Below, one piece after another: positions 32,249 to 36,683 of a stretch of DNA of 36,683 nucleotides. Made by a program: the position numbers and the translations under genes. The notes under the pieces were generated by a model. The model did no database searches. It was not told where the DNA came from and saw only the letters and a list, made by a program, of their open reading frames with translations. Source of the DNA: Octopus bimaculoides (Eukaryota); contig NC_068992.1 of the NCBI RefSeq assembly GCF_001194135.2, positions 60,870,374 through 60,907,056 on the forward strand, given 5' to 3'. Within the stretch, counting starts at the first letter, position 1. Every line of letters begins with the position of its first letter.

Positions 32249-33118
32249 NNNNNNNNNNNNNNNNNNNNNNNNNNNNNNNNNNNNNNNNNNNNNNNNNNNN
32301 NNNNNNNNNNNNNNNNNNNNNNNNNNNNNNNNNNNNNNNNNNNNNNNNNNNNNNNNNNNNNNNNNNNNNNNNNNNNNNNNNNNNNNNNNNNNNNNNNNNN
32401 NNNNNNNNNNNNNNNNNNNNNNNNNNNNNNNNNNNNNNNNNNNNNNNNNNNNNNNNNNNNNNNNNNNNNNNNNNNNNNNNNNNNNNNNNNNNNNNNNNNN
32501 NNNNNNNNNNNNNNNNNNNNNNNNNNNNNNNNNNNNNNNNNNNNNNNNNNNNNNNNNNNNNNNNNNNNNNNNNNNNNNNNNNNNNNNNNNNNNNNNNNNN
32601 NNNNNNNNNNNNNNNNNNNNNNNNNNNNNNNNNNNNNNNNNNNNNNNNNNNNNNNNNNNNNNNNNNNNNNNNNNNNNNNNNNNNNNNNNNNNNNNNNNNN
32701 NNNNNNNNNNNNNNNNNNNNNNNNNNNNNNNNNNNNNNNNNNNNNNNNNNNNNNNNNNNNNNNNNNNNNNNNNNNNNNNNNNNNNNNNNNNNNNNNNNNN
32801 NNNNNNNNNNNNNNNNNNNNNNNNNNNNNNNNNNNNNNNNNNNNNNNNNNNNNNNNNNNNNNNNNNNNNNNNNNNNNNNNNNNNNNNNNNNNNNNNNNNN
32901 NNNNNNNNNNNNNNNNNNNNNNNNNNNNNNNNNNNNNNNNNNNNNNNNNNNNNNNNNNNNNNNNNNNNNNNNNNNNNNNNNNNNNNNNNNNNNNNNNNNN
33001 NNNNNNNNNNNNNNNNNNNNNNNNNNNNNNNNNNNNNNNNNNNNNNNNNNNNNNNNNNNNNNNNNNNNNNNNNNNNNNNNNNNNNNNNNNNNNNNNNNNN
33101 NNNNNNNNNNNNNNNNNN

Positions 33119-33195
<77 letters not shown>

Positions 33196-33589
33196 TGTAA
33201 AGTAACACTTTTACATAATCACCAATAGATAGAGAATTAACTTGAACAGTAATAAAACGTGACTTTGTATCGTTGAACATAACGAATGTGAGGTTAGAAA
33301 AACAAAGAACCAAACAAGCTATTAAATGAAATGATGATAACATCAACAACAGATGCACCAACAACATTAACAAAAACAACAGCAACAACAACAACAACAA
33401 CAACAAAGAGGTTGTTAACATTCAGAAGCTATGTTTATTATGTATAGAACTCTAGCAATTTCAATTCTCGGAAAATAGTTTCCTCTAAATTACTAGAGTC
33501 TTAACATAATCAGATATTGTTCGTAAACAGTTTCTAAACGCAAACTAAAAAAAAAAAAAGATTAAGACGTACAACGACGAAACAACGAA

Positions 33590-33995
33590 ATTCTAGGTGA
33601 TCTGTCAACTGATATGCTGGAAATAGCTGCTAAATTGCTCTCAGAACCACATCATAACATCTTAGAAAAGGACACCTCCTATAATGAGGTTCTATGTATA
33701 TTACATTTAAGATGAAAATATCCTTAAAATCATATCTTATGGTTGCAGAAAAGAAGTAAAACTTTCATAATGTGTATGGGGAAAAAAAGGAAGAATGATC
33801 ACAGCTGGACCACTTTTGAACATATGTCCCATCGGTAAGGAAGGGTTCGCTTGGAATTTAGTAGAGTTGTTAGAATGTCGGATAGGATGCTTCGCAGGAT
33901 TTGTTCCAACTGTTTGCGCTCTGAGCTCAAATCCAACCGGGTCAACTTTGTCTTTCATCTTCCTGTGTGGATAAAATAAGTACCAATCCAGAACA
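33590..33995 (+). mobile_element. Composite repeat: dispersed block followed by a diverged SINE B
   Basis: 33684-33885 is homologous to 27635-27835; it continues into CTCTGAGCTCAAATCC...GTCAACTTTGTCTTTCATC...GATAAAATAAGTACC (B-like). Confidence 0.65.
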
Positions 33996-34064
33996 GTGAT
34001 TGGCAGACCAGCTTAACACCAAATACCGCCATCCGAGTGGTTTTCGCCAAATGATAATAGCAAC

Positions 34065-34245
34065 AATAATCCTTTCTGCCAGATACAAGGCCTGAGATGT
34101 TTTCGAGAAGGGGAATAGTCGATTACATCAATTCCAGTGCTCAACTGATACTTACTTTATTGACCCGGAGAAGATGAAAGGGAAAGTCGACCTTAACGGA
34201 ATTTGAACTCAGAACGTAAAGGTGAATCAAATACTACGAAGTATT
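34065..34245 (-). mobile_element. SINE family B, 5'-truncated
   Basis: ACAAGGCCTGA...AGTCGATTACATC...GATGAAAGGGAAAGTCGACC...GAATTTGAACTCAGAACGTAAAG. Confidence 0.85.
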
Positions 34246-35275
34246 TTTATTGATTAACTGCCCAGCAGAGCGTAACGCATGTGCTAACTTACTAACAGAG
34301 TAACAAGTCGAATTATAATATATTTTCCAACCATTATCTTTGGCTGCTATTTCTCTCATATTGGCTCACAGCATCGAAGTCCCTCAGTAAAATATGGCTG
34401 GATGACATGAATAAACTTATTCCTATAAAATCAAATCTTATGTAGATTCGTAACAGAATTTCGTATCTTACAACTGTGCAGGCCCTTCTGTATCTTCTGA
34501 TGGTACTTATGGCATTAGCATATGTTTGCGTAAGATGAAGAGAATGAACTCTGATCTACTTGATGTATAGTGTTCACATGAAGGGCAAATGTTTGTACAT
34601 TAACTGCATCTTTTCTTTTATGTAAATTCTACATTTTTCTTGCTTTTCTTTTTCTTCAGAAGAGAAATAACAACTTTCAGGACCTTCTTTTGAAGTCTCT
34701 TATTCTGATGGGAAAAGGGAGAAAAGAAAGCAGGACTATTGTAATATCTTCACAGTAGAAGTTTGGCTGGTTTAAATTGTACGAACTTCACTAAAGGTAC
34801 CTAACAGTTAAGTGTTAAACTAGAAGACGGATTTAGAAAGAAAAAAAAGAATAAATAAACTTGACCAAGATGCTGCAGACTTGAATGAACTGATCGGGAG
34901 TCACGTGACTGCGATCAAGCTTCTTAAGCTCACAGCGATTCATGGGTCTTATGATGTTACGGAAAGTAAAAGAAAATGTGTATATAAACGTGAAAATCAA
35001 CAACACAAGCCAGTAAACTAATGATGATCTACGTTGGCAAAAATAATGATAGTAATAATTTAATAAAATCTAGCTTTTGATATATTCCTATATTATGGAA
35101 CTGCTAACATTTTGAACAAAACCTTTCTTTACAGGCAAGAAATTTTCGGGATATAATCAGGTTAAACAAAAGTCCTACATGTACGAAGCATCAGTACTTA
35201 CATCCGCCCTCGGCATGCAAACTTTACCAACTCTATTACATATTTATTCTCACTGAATTGTCCCATTCTTCTTTA

Positions 35276-35309
<34 letters not shown>

Positions 35310-36234
35310 GGGGGAGGCTATGATTTCTTTTCTTTAGTATTAGTTTAAAACGGTTGCTATCAAAATACATTGTGTTTTTTGTCTTTTTTTTTCTCTGTTT
35401 CGACAAATTCCCAGAATGCTACGTAAACTGCAATTAATTGAATCAGTAACGGAAATCTTCAGTTTATATTCAATGTTTAAGTATTCTTTGTAGCTATGGA
35501 GTTTCGTCCTGTATTTAAATTATTCACCATAAGGAGGAGGGGAAAAATCTATCCAGAGTCCAGACATTGTTATTTTTTTTCTTTTCTTGTGCTATTTTTG
35601 TACATTTTTCCTGTTTGCTTTGATTGTTTGTTAATGCTTTTGTCATTTTTCTAGGGTTGTGAAAGGGTAATGTTTACCACATTTTGTAAAATATGCACTA
35701 AAAGCAAATATTGATCTAAGCTGAAATAAGTTCAATCAATAGAAAACCGATCGATGAAAGCCTATGCTTTTTTTATATTTATATATAGACATTTATTTTT
35801 GTTGTTGTTCAAGTTGTTCTTGTTGATATTGCAGCCATTTTAAGCATATATTTTTTATAAATAATCAAGGAGGGGAAATCTCAGCATTCATCCCTTTTGT
35901 TATGTTACGTCTGAGGTTTGACTAAACCAATAAACGGAAAAACGAAAAGAAAGCACCGGATCCAAACAGACATTGATTTGTTGGCTAAAGTAAATGCAGT
36001 TTAGTTCCTATTTTAGCTAGTTCTACTTACAATTCTGACATTTACAAGAGATAGCAGATAGCGGAGGCTTAAACGAAAACTGTTATTTCCGAATTCCGAT
36101 GTAAAAATAAATAAATAAATAAATAAATATAAATAAATAAATAAATAAACAAATGAACTTATAGTTTGACAACACTCAGATATCTGTTTTCCAGAAGCAT
36201 GAGGTTTCTGTTGTTTAGCATCTATTTCATTGAG

Positions 36235-36239
<5 letters not shown>

Positions 36240-36304
<65 letters not shown>

Positions 36305-36640
36305 CATACATATACACATGCGCACGTACAATAGTACTTGTTTAACCCAGGACTGTCCGAATTGAAAAGTCTAATGTGTTACACCATTTTTTAACAATAG
36401 GTTGTGGGGAAAGGCTGCTATATCCGCTTCGAGATTCCCTAGTATACACATACACACGCACACACACACGCACACACACATACACAAACACACACACATT
36501 CATACACATATTTATCATAAAATATAACATATGTATAATTATATATATAGAATTATATGTATATAATTATATATTTATACATATATACATACCTATATAT
36601 GCATATATATATACCTACATACATATATACATACATATAC

Positions 36641-36683
<43 letters not shown>
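36240..36683. repeat. (TG)n, (CA)n and (TA)n microsatellite mosaic
   Basis: Direct reading. Confidence 0.85.

Overview
AT-rich, repeat-saturated eukaryotic genomic DNA from a gapped draft assembly: 10 N-runs totalling about 3.9 kb, most flanked by microsatellites. The SINE families, microsatellite load and LINE relics look like octopus (coleoid cephalopod) intronic or intergenic sequence; this is recognition from memory, not a database result. No intact host protein-coding gene, tRNA, rRNA or CRISPR array can be supported, and almost all track ORFs are microsatellite or N-run artefacts. The window holds more than 20 copies or fragments of three tRNA-headed SINE families (here A, B and C). It also holds decayed retroelement pieces: a Penelope-like GIY-YIG end, an RTE-like C2H2 zinc-finger end and a Tx1/L1-like end. 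DNA-transposon derivatives include a pogo-type MITE, a Tc1-like end, a rearranged hAT-like element, and a 546-bp TIR element inserted into a SINE. The most interesting signals are (i) a degenerate hammerhead ribozyme at the Penelope 3' end, (ii) a hammerhead-core motif repeated at about 281-bp spacing (retrozyme/pLTR-like), (iii) a 185-bp near-perfect inverted duplication, and (iv) a MITE whose TIRs carry octamer plus CCAAT motifs. Repeat boundaries are approximate unless exact termini are quoted.
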